Shown piece by piece: positions 13,401-26,940 of a DNA stretch of 64,000 nucleotides. The notes under the pieces are model-generated. The model ran no database searches. It worked only from the letters and a program-made list of their open reading frames with translations, and was not told the origin of the DNA. The position numbers and the translations under genes are program-made. The stretch spans positions 25,110,001 to 25,174,000 of the forward strand of contig JBHGNT010000003.1 of NCBI GenBank assembly GCA_043228905.1, read 5' to 3'. Each line of letters starts with the position of its first letter. The stretch's first letter is position 1. This stretch comes from Azolla caroliniana (lineage: Eukaryota; Plantae; Polypodiophyta).

Positions 13401-16400
13401 TGCTTCCATTTCTGAGGCTTCCCTTTCCCATATTAGTTGATCTACTTCACCATCTTCTGTAGCAGGCCTCAGCATACTCACTACACCACCAACATCAACC
13501 AGGATAGTTGAATCATCATCCTCGTTGTCCCCCATAATAGAGGTTCCTTTTGATAAGGAACTTACAGTAGCTCTCCTGCTTGTTGAGCCATCCCGTTGCA
13601 TCGGCTCTTGTACTCCTACGTGCTTCACTTCCAAAATCTTATCTTTTTCTTTGCGATCATTCCGCCTTTGCTTTGCCTAAATAGTTCAACAAAATAATCT
13701 TAGCAATTTCCATTGCTCCATTATGAAAGCAAAAATACATAATTTGTGTTAGTTATGTGAAAACTATGATCATGAAATCTGAAGATGTTCCATGTTTCAG
13801 CTACATATGTATGGAATTCAATCTATAAATACACAGAGAGACCTCCAATGGAATATACTAGAGCTAAGACCTGGGACAGCACCTAAGGTTCATGTATTTT
13901 TGTCACTTCAATGTAACCCCCCTGAAACGCAGCCTCAGAATATAGAACTTTCATAGTAAAAAGATTTTTTGTTGAATCTAATTAATAACTTCAGAAAACC
14001 AAACAAAAACTATATTTGGATTTGCTTACATGAGAATATTTTGTATCAAGAGGGGTGGAGTGCAAAAGAGAATAAGATGCAAATAATAATAATTAGAAGC
14101 AGATGTTAAAAATAGCACCGATAGAGAATGTATTGAATTCACAATTCATGCAACATTTTAAAGAGAACTCTTTGCAAAAAAATACATAAGAGAAGAAACT
14201 TGATTAAGAAACCGAAGATTCCCTTTAACACCATTACTTCCCAGGTGATAAACTGAACTTAGTAGCTCTACCACAATATGTGATATTGACTATCAACCAG
14301 GAGTAGTTAATTTTGTTCTTCACATAACTTTAAACAAAATCTAATATCCACTGTTATTCACTTCTATAAAATTATCACAGAACTTTCTTTCTTTTTCTGC
14401 AGAATGCTGAATGTCATCTGTGATGATCAGTAATGAGTGTCCTGCAGGCTCCACCGTTCGTTTTCAACCATGGAGATTGTCCTAAACTATGGTTTTGCAG
14501 TTGGCTGTATTCTTAATTTTTGAGCTCTACCTTCAATATAGCAATGGGCCCCGTTCGGTTTCGGTTCGGTTTCTTGGCCTTGAAACCAAACCAAACGGGT
14601 TTATCATAAATCAAAACCAAACCAAATCATTTTTTTGAGATATTGATTATCGTACATATTATGAATCTATGTGAGAAAATCATCATAAATTTGGTCATCA
14701 TACTTATCATAAATTTAGTTATCACACTTATTAAAAATTTGGTCATCATACCTGTCATAAATTTAGTCATCATACATATTATAATTTTGGTCATCATACT
14801 TACAATAAATTTGATAATCATACATCAAAAGGACACTCTACTTATAATGTATATAAAATTAAATAAGTTAGAGCCTAGAGGTTTAAAATTGAAAGTTGAA
14901 AGTTAGCCTAGAGGTGAAAATTTAGGAATATTTTTTAACCTATAAACCTTTAAACCTTTAAACCAAACTACATAAACTGAAACCGCTAAACCATGAAATT
15001 CAAAACCAAAACCAAACCAAACGGTTTATTTATTTTTGAACCAATAAACCATTAAGCCATGGTTTAACGGTTCGGTTCGGTTTGAGCCGAAACCGGGCCC
15101 ATTGCTACTTCAATATGTATCGATTTCCATATTAATTCTTTTATGAGATATACTAAATACAACAATTCATGAACAAAGAAAGCCAAAATGTAGAACATTT
15201 ATTAGCAAATCATATTACCTTCGGAAATACGTAAAGATGCATTATTCTTTAGCATCATAGTCAGAATGTTGGAAAAATACGTGAATATTATCTTCCCAGA
15301 ATATAGCCTAAGTTTCTTAACCAAACGATGATATTGGAAAAATACTCAAATATCAACCCCAAGAACATGATCTGCATTCTTATCATCTAGGAAAGAAAGG
15401 TGGATAATATGAGGATTACAATGAATCTTTTGTTTGCATTTTCGATAATATAGCTGAGTAGTTGAACTTTCTTTTTCTTTTTCTTTTTACATATTTGAAA
15501 GTTATTGTGGATGAAAGCTCAAACTTTAGACTAAGTACAAAGCTGCAAATAAAATTGGCATCATGAAGGCAGAAACGACAAAGTTATGAACTGAAATTAA
15601 ATCATTATTCTTGGTCCTCTGGGCTTGAAGATTGCATCTCTCATCAAGTGACAGTGGCAAAAACACTGAAATGAGAAATAGAATGGAAGTGACCAAGTAT
15701 GAACAAGTTGTAGGGCATCTCCACCATTTATACATGTTATTATAGTGTTATATTAAATATTAAGACCATTTTACATATTTCTACTTTTGTTGGTATTGAT
15801 TAAGTTCAAGTAGAGCAGCTTCTGACTTATATTGAGATACAGTAGCGGACCAAGATCAGGAATGAAATTTTTTAATTGAGAGGTATTGACCTGTTTTTTC
15901 TTGTTGCGTTTCTCCTTTTCAGCAACTTCCCGCCTTGCTTTCAGTTCAATTTCTGCTTGTTCCGCAGCCTCCTCTTCACGTATCAGTTCTTCCTGGCGTT
16001 TTAAAGAAATTGCCTCAAGATATGCCACTTCAATGCGGTTGCTGCAACATTAAAAAAAGGTTTCATTACACATCAACCCTAAACCCTAAACAGTAACGAG
16101 AACTAAGATTACAAACATCTATCCGTTCCGTGCTCTGCTGTGAGACTAGATAACAATTTGGAAGGTTGATTATCATGCAGGGAGAATGGATTCAACACCT
16201 AAACCCAACCCTAAACCCTAAACAGTAAAGAGAACTACGATTACAAACATCGTGGAGAATATGACGCAATGAACCTGAATAAATGGCCTAACACAAACAT
16301 TTCTACAGTACGTCTCCCAAGCTCTGTAAGTCTTCTTTCATCTTGCTCAAGGTTATCTTTTCCAGAACCATCTCCCGAGCATCCATTCTGTAGCAAGCAC

Positions 16401-19400
16401 ATCTTCAAATGAATGACTTGGGCATGGACAAATTATCTACACATTCAAACTGAAATAGCATATACCTTTGTTCTATTTTGTGGACCCTTTTCATCTTTAT
16501 AGAATGGCATTGATTCATTTAATGCACGTTCCAAGAGAAGAAGCACATCATCAGCAAGAACAAAGAAGTCTTTGTCAACCCAAACAATAGGCTTTTGAGC
16601 TTGCTCCATTTCCACTGCACTTACCTTTCCTTTCCTATTTTTACTTTGGTAATCCAATGCCCTATAACCGCTATAAAGAGCATCAATAACCAAGGGTGAA
16701 GTGACCTCTTTTTGATTGAAAAAGCATTTTACAATCGATTTCAAAATTATGTCCACCCTCTCACGGGACAGGCGCCGCCGCATGCTCCCCTCTACTGCTG
16801 ACCAAAAAGCTTGGAAGCTGCACAATGGACCATAAGAAATTTAGTTTAAATCTTTACACTGGTCCAAAAAAAACTTCAAAAACTAATATGCTCAATAAGT
16901 GCTTTGCAAAAAACTTGTATCAACAAATTCAAAGGGGGATGATATAATTACTCAAGACAACAGTGACAAAGATGTATCACTCAAAAAGTAACACTTCATA
17001 ATTTCTTGGTACATAAGGAGATGAGTACTGCTACACGTAAGGCAACCAAATGATAGTATACCTGGACCATCCCACAGAATCTTCAATCAGTTTTCCAATC
17101 TTCTCCCGCTTTTCCTCCACAAAGCGACGGCAAATGGCTTCAACATTGGTCAAATATACACGAACTAGCTCCCTCCTGTACTGATAGTCTAAGCACCTGA
17201 ATGGACGATGAGGATCCTCTCTGCAGCACAACAACAAAATCTTCGATTTTCTTTCCTAATAACATTACCTTCTCTGCTAGTTACCATTTATAAAGATTAT
17301 ATAACCTATTCATTTGCATCCGTATTAGAAAATTGCTGCTTGCACATGTTCATGAATAGTGGAAAACCATACAATAAATTTTGGTGGATGGAGTTTGTAA
17401 TTGATTCTCCATATGTCAATTCACACAGAATATTAAAAGTTAACAGAGAATGGTCTACACTTGATAGAAACTATCACAACAATACAAAATAAATGCATGT
17501 CAAAATATATTCACAGGTGTTCTACTCATTAATGCAAAGTAAAGCATAAAAAGAAATAATCAATGGCATGTCAAAAAGAAACCGGTAGAGCTGACGGAAA
17601 ATCTAAGGAAATCACAGTAACCTGCAAGTTGAAATTTGCTACAAGCCACAGGATAAACATGGAAATTAAGTAGCCAATGGCAGCAGCCTGGGATATTGGT
17701 CAGGATTAAAGAACATTCAAAACCAAATTCTGGAAAGGTAATGTTAGGAACATAGTGTTGAAACTCTTGATAGTCTAATAATAGACGACTCATTCTAAAA
17801 AAGAGTATTTCACACTATAGCAAACATCGAGGATGGGAACATTAGTCTGTTTGGGGTGACATAAAAGAACCAGGTTCAAAGAAAACTTGGGGGCGACATA
17901 AAAAAACAGATTCATGAAACCATGTTTCCATTTTTTGGGATAATATATTATAGAGATTAAGAAATGATATACTCAAGAGAGCTACCATCAACAAGCATAA
18001 ATTTAGATTCTCGAGAAAGAAAGAAAGAACTATATATTAACGCCTTTTAATAGGTGAAAACAGCCTACAAAACAGTACGAGAGATTACATGTGAAGGACT
18101 AAAGTTGAAATGCACCTGATATCGGTGATCTTAATTAAGCTGCAACTACTCTAGTTTTTACATCTACACTGAACTATCCACTACCCACATTCTAATAAAA
18201 AAAGACAGAACTTGATACAGAAATAAAGATTTGGAAAAAACACTAGGAGATCTAAGGTCTAGTTCAAAAGCCCCTCACAGTGGTCCAAACGCCACTACTA
18301 CCCAGGGTAAATGACCTACAAATAGACTAAACAAAAATTATGGAGGGCTATAATGCCCATAAGGTATGGGAGCAATATTAATGAAACAATAGTCCATAAA
18401 CTTATGAGTGGAAGGCTTTATGCAAGTAAAAATACAACTATTGAAATCACTTTCATTCCCACTTAAACTTGATGTGGCCTTTACGTCCTTCAAAACTATC
18501 ACCATCTGTTTTTGTTTTTAATCCAAATGGCATAGCTACAGCAAAAGTAGCGTATTCATGAAACAATCACTAATTTAAAACTATGTTTCTTTGGGAGAAA
18601 ACTGCCCACACCTATCCCTCAAAACTCGATCATTCTTCAATGATTTGGTTCCTCGCAAATATGTCAAACAATACAAAACACCAGAAAATGCAGTTGTTAC
18701 AGGTAACATCCAGATTTGGAACCCATACATCATTGCACAATCAAGGTCCCAAATGAGTTCTACCCAGGGAAACATAGTATTGACAGACGCATGAGAAAAA
18801 ACCTTTGCTAGTGAGAATTCACCTAATTACTTGCACTTGAGCTTTAATAACAAGTGTTTCTGCTACAGTGAATCCATCTAACACTTTTGAAAGTTCCATA
18901 AATTTCTTCCATCCCCAGTCATGTTCCTTTTTGCAAAAACGATGCAGGGTATCTGGAAATGCATATCAGATCATAAGCAAGAGACAATCATGGTTAAGCA
19001 TAATCCATACTGCAAACGTTTTGATGTTCCAACCCTTGTGTCTTAATAAGCTCACATATATTTGCCAGTGGCAGGCATGGAAACAATAATTTTTAAGGAA
19101 GTAGAAAATACACTAACTCGCAGCATATATGAATGGTGTGACTCTTTTAAAACTTGCCTGAGTACTTGGACTTTTTCGGGTTTTTATTCACCACAGCAAT
19201 TGTGAATTGTGCGAAATGACTCCAACCTGGAGCAGCATTACAAAAATATTAGTAGTCTGACAAATCTCTGAACCTTCAAGAAAACAAAATACTTATAATT
19301 TCGGCTCTATCCAATCATACCAGGTAGCAACTTGTCATAATCAGCAACACACAGAAAGAGGGACAAATGATTACAAACATCACAACCTTGGGGATATACA

Positions 19401-22400
19401 AGAATATACCTGCATGAAGAAGATAAATTGGTAAAACAATTAGCAAGACAGAATCTTGTATCGAGAACTGCAAGTAATTGACTTTCACCTTCTTCCATTA
19501 TAAGCTGATTACTTTTATACGACAATTTCAGGTGTACAGACATTTACTCTTTGCACAGAAAGGCAGAGACACATAAGATTATGAATCAAAGTCAGAGCTC
19601 AAGAGATCATACAACAGAAGGCAATGCTTCATTTGCTTTATAGAGCTACCAAACCAAAGGGATCTATTTTGTTTAACATGGATTGATCATCTTTCGTATC
19701 AAGTGCTATTTCACTACAAATAATTACATATTATGAGACATGCTGTTTTTCCTTGGTTACTATTCTATATGATGTCATAGAAATATGAAATAATTAAGCT
19801 ACATTCCAGGGGTCTAAGAACTTTATGATTAACATACTATTACAAGAAATTCCTCATCATAATGGAAACATCACATGACTGACTTCAGAATCTTAAAGTT
19901 ATGGACTAAGGAGTATATTGTGCATAGTTCAAACATAACTTTCTCAAGTTTGAACCTAATATCTAAGCATCAACATTGTCAAATCCTTTATACATGTATG
20001 CATGTGTACAATTTAATCGCTTACCATTTGCAGCCACCAACTTCAAATAAGTTACTACGAAGTTCCCTTTTGCTTATTTGTGAAAAATTCTCAATCTTCC
20101 AAGTAAACTTTCCATATAAATCTGATGGCTTCATTCCTATTACATAATGTAACACAAGAACAATTTTATCAAAAATTTACCATAGAGTCACATTTGAAAC
20201 AAGACAAGAATTGAAAGGAATGTGCCATAATAGATGTTGACGCAGTTTTTCTGTTGCATATTTTATATGTGCAATTCAACTGCGATATTGTAAAGCTTCT
20301 TTTCATACCTAGCAATTTTGATGGAAAAATGACAGACATTTACTGTAGAGTCACATTCGAAACAATGACAAAAATTGAATGAAATGTGCCTTAATAGATG
20401 TTGACACAGTTTTCGTGTTGCACATATTTTATGTGCATTCTCACTGCGATATTGAAAAGCTTATTTTCATATCTAGCAATCATGATAGAAAATTACAGAC
20501 ATTTACAATAGAGTCGCATTCAAAAGAATGCATGAATTGAAAGGAATGTGCCTTAATAGTTGTTGACATAGTTTTTGTTTTGCATATTTGATATGTGTTT
20601 TCACTGAGATATTCAAAAGCCTCTTTTCATATATAGTAATCTTGCTGGAAAATTACAGACATTTATCATAGAGTCACATTTGAAACAAGATAAGAATTGA
20701 ACGGAATGTGCCTTAATAGATGTTGACAGAGCTTTTGTGTTGCATATTTTATATGTACATTCTCACTGCGACATTGACAAACCTTGTTTCATACCTAGCA
20801 ATCTTGATAGGAAATTAGTCTACATCCAAAACCGGATCAGGGAAAAGGTGTCGGCACCAGAGCTGTATTTCGAACGAAAGCCGAACTTAAGACACCTCAA
20901 CCATATGAGTTGTATTTCGAACGGAAAATTACAAACATTTGTCGTAGAGTCACATTTGAAACAAGATAAGAATTGAACGGAATGTGCCTTAATAGATGTT
21001 GACAGAGCTTTTGTGTTGCATATTTTATATGTGCATTCTCACTGCGACATTGACAAGCCTCGTTTCATACCTAGCAATCTTGATGGGAAATTAGTCTACA
21101 TCCAAAACCGGATCGGGGAAAAGGTGTCGGCACATGAGCCGTATTTCGAACGGAAGCCGAACTTAAGACACCTCAACCATATGCCAATCTTAGAAGTTGT
21201 GCTTACTTTACTTTACCATCAAAATATTTCTAAAAATGAGCCAGTCAGTTCCATCCATAACAAAACTTTCCTCAAGTTGGAAGAAAGAAATGAATGATTT
21301 TGTTCATTTCCTAACTACAGCTTGAATACAAGTCTATCTATCTAATTTAAAAAAGATAAGCGTCACTTTATGCATTTATTAAAAAATCTTACATTTCCAT
21401 TTGATCCCAATTGAGTTGGCAAACTAGTATCTGTTTACCTCCTTGCAAGGTTCGAGTTTCAACCTATTTATCACGTTTTTCAGTATATATCCCAAACTTT
21501 CACCTTTCCAGGACCCAAGATACACACAGTAGAAGAATATTCACGACAATGTTAAAAAACTAGATAAATGCAAAGGTTTTCCCATTTACAAATGCTTTCA
21601 GCTTTACAAATCTCCACGGTACACAGTAGAAAAATATTTTTACATCATTACATGGATAAGCAGAACAATATGTTTCACCAAGAAAAAATAGCTATACATC
21701 AAAGTGGCACTGCCCTTTCAGTAAGACCAAAAAGAAGACAAGTTTATTTTTCGGGAGTTTTGATGGGACAAAAGGATTCCATAAAGAGGTCAATACTTAT
21801 AGTTAACCATTCCAATATGTGAAGGAAGCCAAGTTTTTGCCCCTAAAAGGTTCTTGAGAACAATACACATTGGGTTGGGTTACCTAAACCCCCTTTAACT
21901 ATTGCTTCACCAATTGCAGAGGCCAACATGATACATGCATTGTCAGGAAACCACTTGCTTAGTGCTTTTTTAGGTTTCTGGCAGTCAGCAATTTGTATGC
22001 ATATATTTGAATTTAAAACACATTTGAACTCAACAAGGTCTATCAAAGAGTGAAGGGGTTATTTTCTGGTTTTATGAGGGAACAGCACATATTTCTAATC
22101 CTCAGATCAGCATGAATGTTGTAAAAAGTATTTTTCCAGGGGAAGGAGCTGGAGGACACTAACAGTTGAAGTGGATTCTTCTCCCTGATATGGTTATTTC
22201 TACCTAAGATCAAGTTCTTCTCAGTGACATATATGGGTGTTAATATTCCAAAGTTTGATGTTTCTGAAGCTAATATAACCCTTCAATGGCAGAAGCCCAT
22301 CAGATATTGAAGTCAATGGCTTTCTAATTTTTTTGGGTTTTCTCATTTTATACTCTTCAATACCAGGATGCAAAATAGACAATATGATACCTATGACTTG

Positions 22401-25400
22401 GAAGACCCAAAGATGATGCATCCGATATCTTTGGAGAACTTGGGAACACACATGACCTCAGCCGACTCAGGAGAGACAATATGGGATATGGCCAGCATCT
22501 TGACACCACCTAGTTATCTAAAAAAGAATGAAACTAGTGCTCAGATTCTAGCGGCCTTACATGTTTCCCACTAGGAGGCATTGGCAGCATAATTGATCAT
22601 ATCTTTGAGACAAGGAAAGCCATCAAAATATTCACCATCCCACCCTGCCCAATTGGCACCCATCACACTTATTTTTCCAAAACCCGTGTGTCCAATGTAA
22701 CATCATAACTACCTTCTCCCTCATAATCAACCTTGCCTCTACACACAATCGTCCACTTTACCCATGAACTGGCAGAAACTTGTTATCAACATGCCCAACA
22801 AGTGTTACCATCTGGATCCAACTATACCCATTGACACCCTCACCTCCCAACTCTCTACCATAGTGCATATCTCTGCCATCTACAGTTTTTCTTCCCACAC
22901 ACTGCCTAGACACCACATGCTTGGAAATATGCCCTGAAATTGTTGGTACAACCAGGATTGTAAAGAGATGTATCAATAACTTGGTAGAAATGTAAGATTT
23001 GGAAAGATCACAAAAAATAGCTTGCAAAAAAATGCAAAACCCTACAAGCCAAAACAGGTCCCACTGTGACGCAGAACAATGTTGGGATTTATCTCAAAAT
23101 ACTCAGAACCTACCTGGCAACGTACAAAAGAACACCAGAACCTGGCTCCAATCAAGGATCCACAACTATGGCATTCTTATGCAGAAGGCTTGTATCGTGT
23201 CCCTCACGGACCCCCTTTACCACATCCATCAAAGACTCGCCCAATTTCCTCCGTCTTCTTCACCTCATACAAGGATGAGAAGGCCATCCAGTGCCTTCAA
23301 CATGGACAATCATCTGACCACACAGGACTACAAGGTGAACACCTCATATATGTGCTAAGCAAAATTGCCCCTATCCTTGCACACAGGTACATGGAAGACA
23401 AAAGAACATGGATCACTATAAGACACTTTTTACACACATCCAATGGATTCATCATCAGGCCCTCTGATATGGATATACATCTATCCTATATGTTGCACAA
23501 TGTGATAGGGCAGCTATGAACTTCTTACTTCTTCACATCAGTTAGAGATTGAGGTATGCAAATATGCATGAATACCTCTCAACGAAAGAATTTGCAAAAT
23601 CTAAAGAAAGCTATGTTTGTCATTGTCTGTTTTTCATAAAATAAGAGGGAGATACCGTGCCTCTCTAAGCAAGGCTTGGCCCACTATGCAAGGTAATGGA
23701 ATATGAGGACCGACAGTGCTTTGGGCTTTTCTTGCTAGAACTCAATATGTTGAGGGAAAACAACACAACCACACAAGTTCATCAACAAAGGAAAATCACA
23801 GCTTTCCTTAGCCCCATCACTCCTACTCATGCTTTAAGTCAATCAAAGGCTACACAAATGGGCTCCCAACCAGGACATTGCAAACGGGTTACAATAGATC
23901 GTGCAATAGAAATTTGCTGTCCACATAGGCTCTGGCCTCGTGGACCACACTTCTCATCGATAGATGAAGGCCTCTCAAGCACTTCCCTTGCTTCGGAGAC
24001 CTCAATTCTGGATCATCCTGTGCAAGAGATCTTTTAAAGACAAAAAGTACAATATATTTGACTTTAGCATCTTACATGTATAGATGACAAGATTCTTTAG
24101 CCATGTCTTAATTCTATTTCTGTTTGTTCTTTACTGAGTTACGTTTATTTTTGTTTGCTGTTGTTGAGCATGAGACAACATTTTAAGACATAATTCTTGT
24201 TTGGCCTTATAGGCCATTTTGGCCTCTTAAAATAAGTTAATATATCTTTTTTTCCTTTGGTTATGGCTGTCCACTGTGTGAAAAGTACAGGTTCAAATCT
24301 TAGTGGGTGAAAAAATAAAGGGAATATCGTTTTTTCCAATCATGCTATTAGACATGTACTCAGCCATAGAGGTACTAGCTATGCAAAGAGTGCAAGTATA
24401 TCACAACAGTCAAGAATATGCCTGATCCTAGACTGCCAAAACAAACTTGGATAATAGGATGCAAATTACAAAAAACTAATAAGAGCGAAATTCTCTTATC
24501 TGCCTGGGTGCTTGACATTATGAAATGGATTTAAGATATGGAGCATAAAAGATCTATTGCAGCTCTCAGAAGAATCTATGAAGTATGTAATCATTGAAGA
24601 TAGATTATTAGAGGCACTAAGGATGAAGCAGCAAGATCCTAATATGTCAAAATTGGGATATTACATTGCAAATTTTAACCTCCAATCTTGACCACAATGC
24701 AAGGTAAAAATGCCAAGATATATCCAATTGCATCTCACTACCCCCGTGAGCCTTGCCTCTCCTGCAGCCATAACACTTCTTTGAACTCGTTCACAGAAGT
24801 TAGGCGTTGAGGTCGCATCATGGCATCATCAGCCAAATATGAAGATATCAAAGGTATGCTATGAAAACCTAGTGGAGGATAAATATTATGTACTTATCAC
24901 ATGTTCAGCGTATAAGGTAACCACCCTTCTTAGGAAAGAGTCACAAAGATGATATGTTGATTTGGTTCCATAGGTCAAATTTGCCCTCATCATTGACAAT
25001 AAAACATCTACTCTTTTATATTCTTTCTTTCTCTTCCATGTAATGACTTCAGTCCTCTCTCTTCTAATGCTTCATGACATAAGCATTAATTTATTGTGAA
25101 TCCCTCCTCACAGGAACAATAAGTGTTGCTAATCCTTGATCACTAATGAACCTAATGGATGAGCCCTGCAATTATATTCCTTCTTTCCATTTTCTCTGGC
25201 CTATGATAGCATGGAAATGTATGATGCCCTCTCATCATGAACATGATGTAATATATTTGGAAGTTTTTAAATTTGACCATAAACATGTTTGTATTTACCA
25301 AAGAAAAACCAAATTCAACTCTTTTTGGGCTGTCTATGAAACAGCAAAAATGATCATCTGCAAGGGGAGATAAACAATAAAGGAACTTCTTTCAACCCCA

Positions 25401-26246
25401 ATAGGAATTTCTGAAGAAGAACTTCTGCTCCAATTTTAGAATTGCTTTTTTTCTTAAGTGCTTGTATTTAAGAATTGCTTATCCTGTATCCTCTTTTATT
25501 CTTTCACTCTTTCAATGTCATGGCAATGCAATTGTTTGCGCAACATCTAGGTTTGATGAAATAAATTGCCATGATATATATGACGTAGAAAATGCCAATT
25601 TAGCTCTTTGATCAGTCTATCAAAGTATGGCGCCCGCCCATTATTGAGAGGATGCACAAGGCAACTTCAAAACTTTTGAAATGTAGGGATAAATGCTGAT
25701 ACAGATATGTATAAATATCATACAGAAGAACCGAAAATCGATATTTAGTGGCTTCCAGCTCTCTTCACTGCTAATAAGGTTGTAGTACTTGATCTAATGA
25801 GCTATCTATAGCACACTGATCAAAAGATCAAACACAATCGCTTCACTGTGTTTTGAGTCATGCAGCCTACGATGTGCGACAAAACAAAAAATATAGAAAG
25901 ACATGGACTTCCTGTTGATCTATGATTATTGACGTCCTCTAGCAATCGATGGAATCAAATAGATGTGCAATATTAAAATATAGCAATATAAATGCCCACA
26001 TAATAAAGATATATATAAATATATACAACACATCGAAAAGCCCTATTCATTGACAAAAATCCTCTGTTACTTGAGTCCACTGCCTGATAAAATAACCTAC
26101 ACTCTTCAGATGGAATTTTCCATGATTAGAATCAAAACCTATGTACATATGTATTTATGTATGCATAACGCTGTTAAGTACAAGAAACCAAAAAATCAAT
26201 ATAACACTTAACTCAGCATCTACAACTACTAAAAAATCTCTCTCTA

Positions 26247-26278
<32 letters not shown>

Positions 26279-26626
26279 AACCCTAAAAGATCAAAATATA
26301 TATGCCACCCAAAAATCAACATATATAAACCTAAAAATATCAAAGTTTATATAAAAAAAATCAATATTTTAACTATTATATTGTAGAAAAATATGCATTA
26401 TAAATATACCTAGGGTCTGCTAGAAACCCCGAAAAAACAGAAACATACCTGGGGCACCAGAGGATTCTTCTTCCGTAAAATTCCATGGAGAGGATGATGA
26501 GGCAATGTTATCCATAGAATGGCAGTGTCTGATTAGGGTTTCTGCAGGGCCTTCTTCTTCTTCCGGTTCTTCTTCTGTTTCTTCTTCTTCCTCCCTGTCT
26601 TCTTCGTCTCTGAAAGCAAAGGCCAT
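10463..26626 (-). CDS. TRAF1: MATH/TRAF-domain protein, TRAF1a/TRAF1b (MUSE14/MUSE13)-like
   Basis: Family motifs KPSDLYGKFTWKIENFSQISKRELRS, WYILVYPQGCDVCNHLSLFLCVA, WSHFAQFTIAVVN, DTLHRF-KKEHDWGWKKF, RPFRCLDYQYRRELVRVYLTNVE, LKRQEELIREEE and C-terminal EEFPHLDIINELLDE. Exons: 26626-26449, 20136-20025, 19409-19321, 19226-19158, 18952-18823, 17220-17062, 16817-16466, 16387-16275, 16041-15891, 13676-13207, 13015(or 13012)-12826, 12724(or 12721)-10463. The reading frame is consistent at the junctions checked. Confidence 0.92.
11010..11610 (-). repeat. Coding tandem repeat, ~48 bp / 16 aa, about 11-12 copies, in the last TRAF1 exon
   Basis: Consensus EHQRNLSQHITSSSSN repeats in the 10463..12580 ORF. 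Confidence 0.9.
11637..11867 (-). repeat. Coding tandem duplication of ~39 aa in the last TRAF1 exon
   Basis: TFGTV(T/I)PELLHSDQQQENQVNHHADDG(C)RSESQFPS(K/Q)ET occurs twice, nearly identical. Confidence 0.95.
14539..15107. mobile_element. Non-autonomous hAT-type element (MITE-like) in a TRAF1 intron
   Basis: Perfect 13-bp TIR TAGCAATGGGCCC / GGGCCCATTGCTA and perfect 8-bp TSD cttcaata (14531-14538, 15108-15115). Subterminal (AAACC/CGAAC)-type repeats, an internal ~24-bp tandem repeat ataaatttggtcatcatacttatc, and no transposase. Confidence 0.92.
20165..21182. repeat. Intronic tandem array: ~163-bp units, then two longer near-identical units (~276-bp period)
   Basis: The motif agagtcacatt(t/c)gaaacaa..aattga..ggaatgtgcc.taatagatgttgac recurs near 20184, 20347, 20510, 20670 and 20946. 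The last two units carry an added segment starting tagtctacatccaaaaccggatc. Confidence 0.9.
22620..23390 (+). mobile_element. Degenerate LINE (non-LTR) fragment, region upstream of the RT core
   Basis: Broken frame reads WYNQDCKE...FFTSYKDEKAIQCLQHGQSSDHTGLQGEHLIYVLSKIAPILAH. This resembles the LINE pre-RT signature (FT..EV.KAI..L..GKA.G.DG..AE.L). Confidence 0.6.
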
Positions 26627-26940
26627 GTAGGGTTTTGTGGGGATGGGGGGTTAGGGCTAGGGTTTTTCCTCTGCCTGTGTTTTAAGGATCGCGACAAATC
26701 AGAAGGATTTGGCGATGGCGAGAGAAGAGAAAGGAAGAAGAAGGGGGGGGAGGAGAGACTAGAAAACGAACACACTCACTGAAATAAAGCTTATTTTCCC
26801 TTCGCTTCCTTTTTTTTTTGTTAATGTTGTTGGTGTCCCAGAGCCTTCAGTTTTTGTTTTTGTTCTTCTTGTTAATGTTTTTGTTTAGCTTTCATCGAAG
26901 CCATGCCATTGCCATGCCTCCTGTTTCACTCCAATCCAAT

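Noticed and set aside
14627-14906. Ile/Met-rich membrane-like ORFs
   Set aside because: These are translations of the 24-bp minisatellite inside the MITE.
20737-21297. Two similar small ORFs resembling a duplicated gene pair
   Set aside because: They are by-products of the intronic tandem array, with GTG starts and no known domain.
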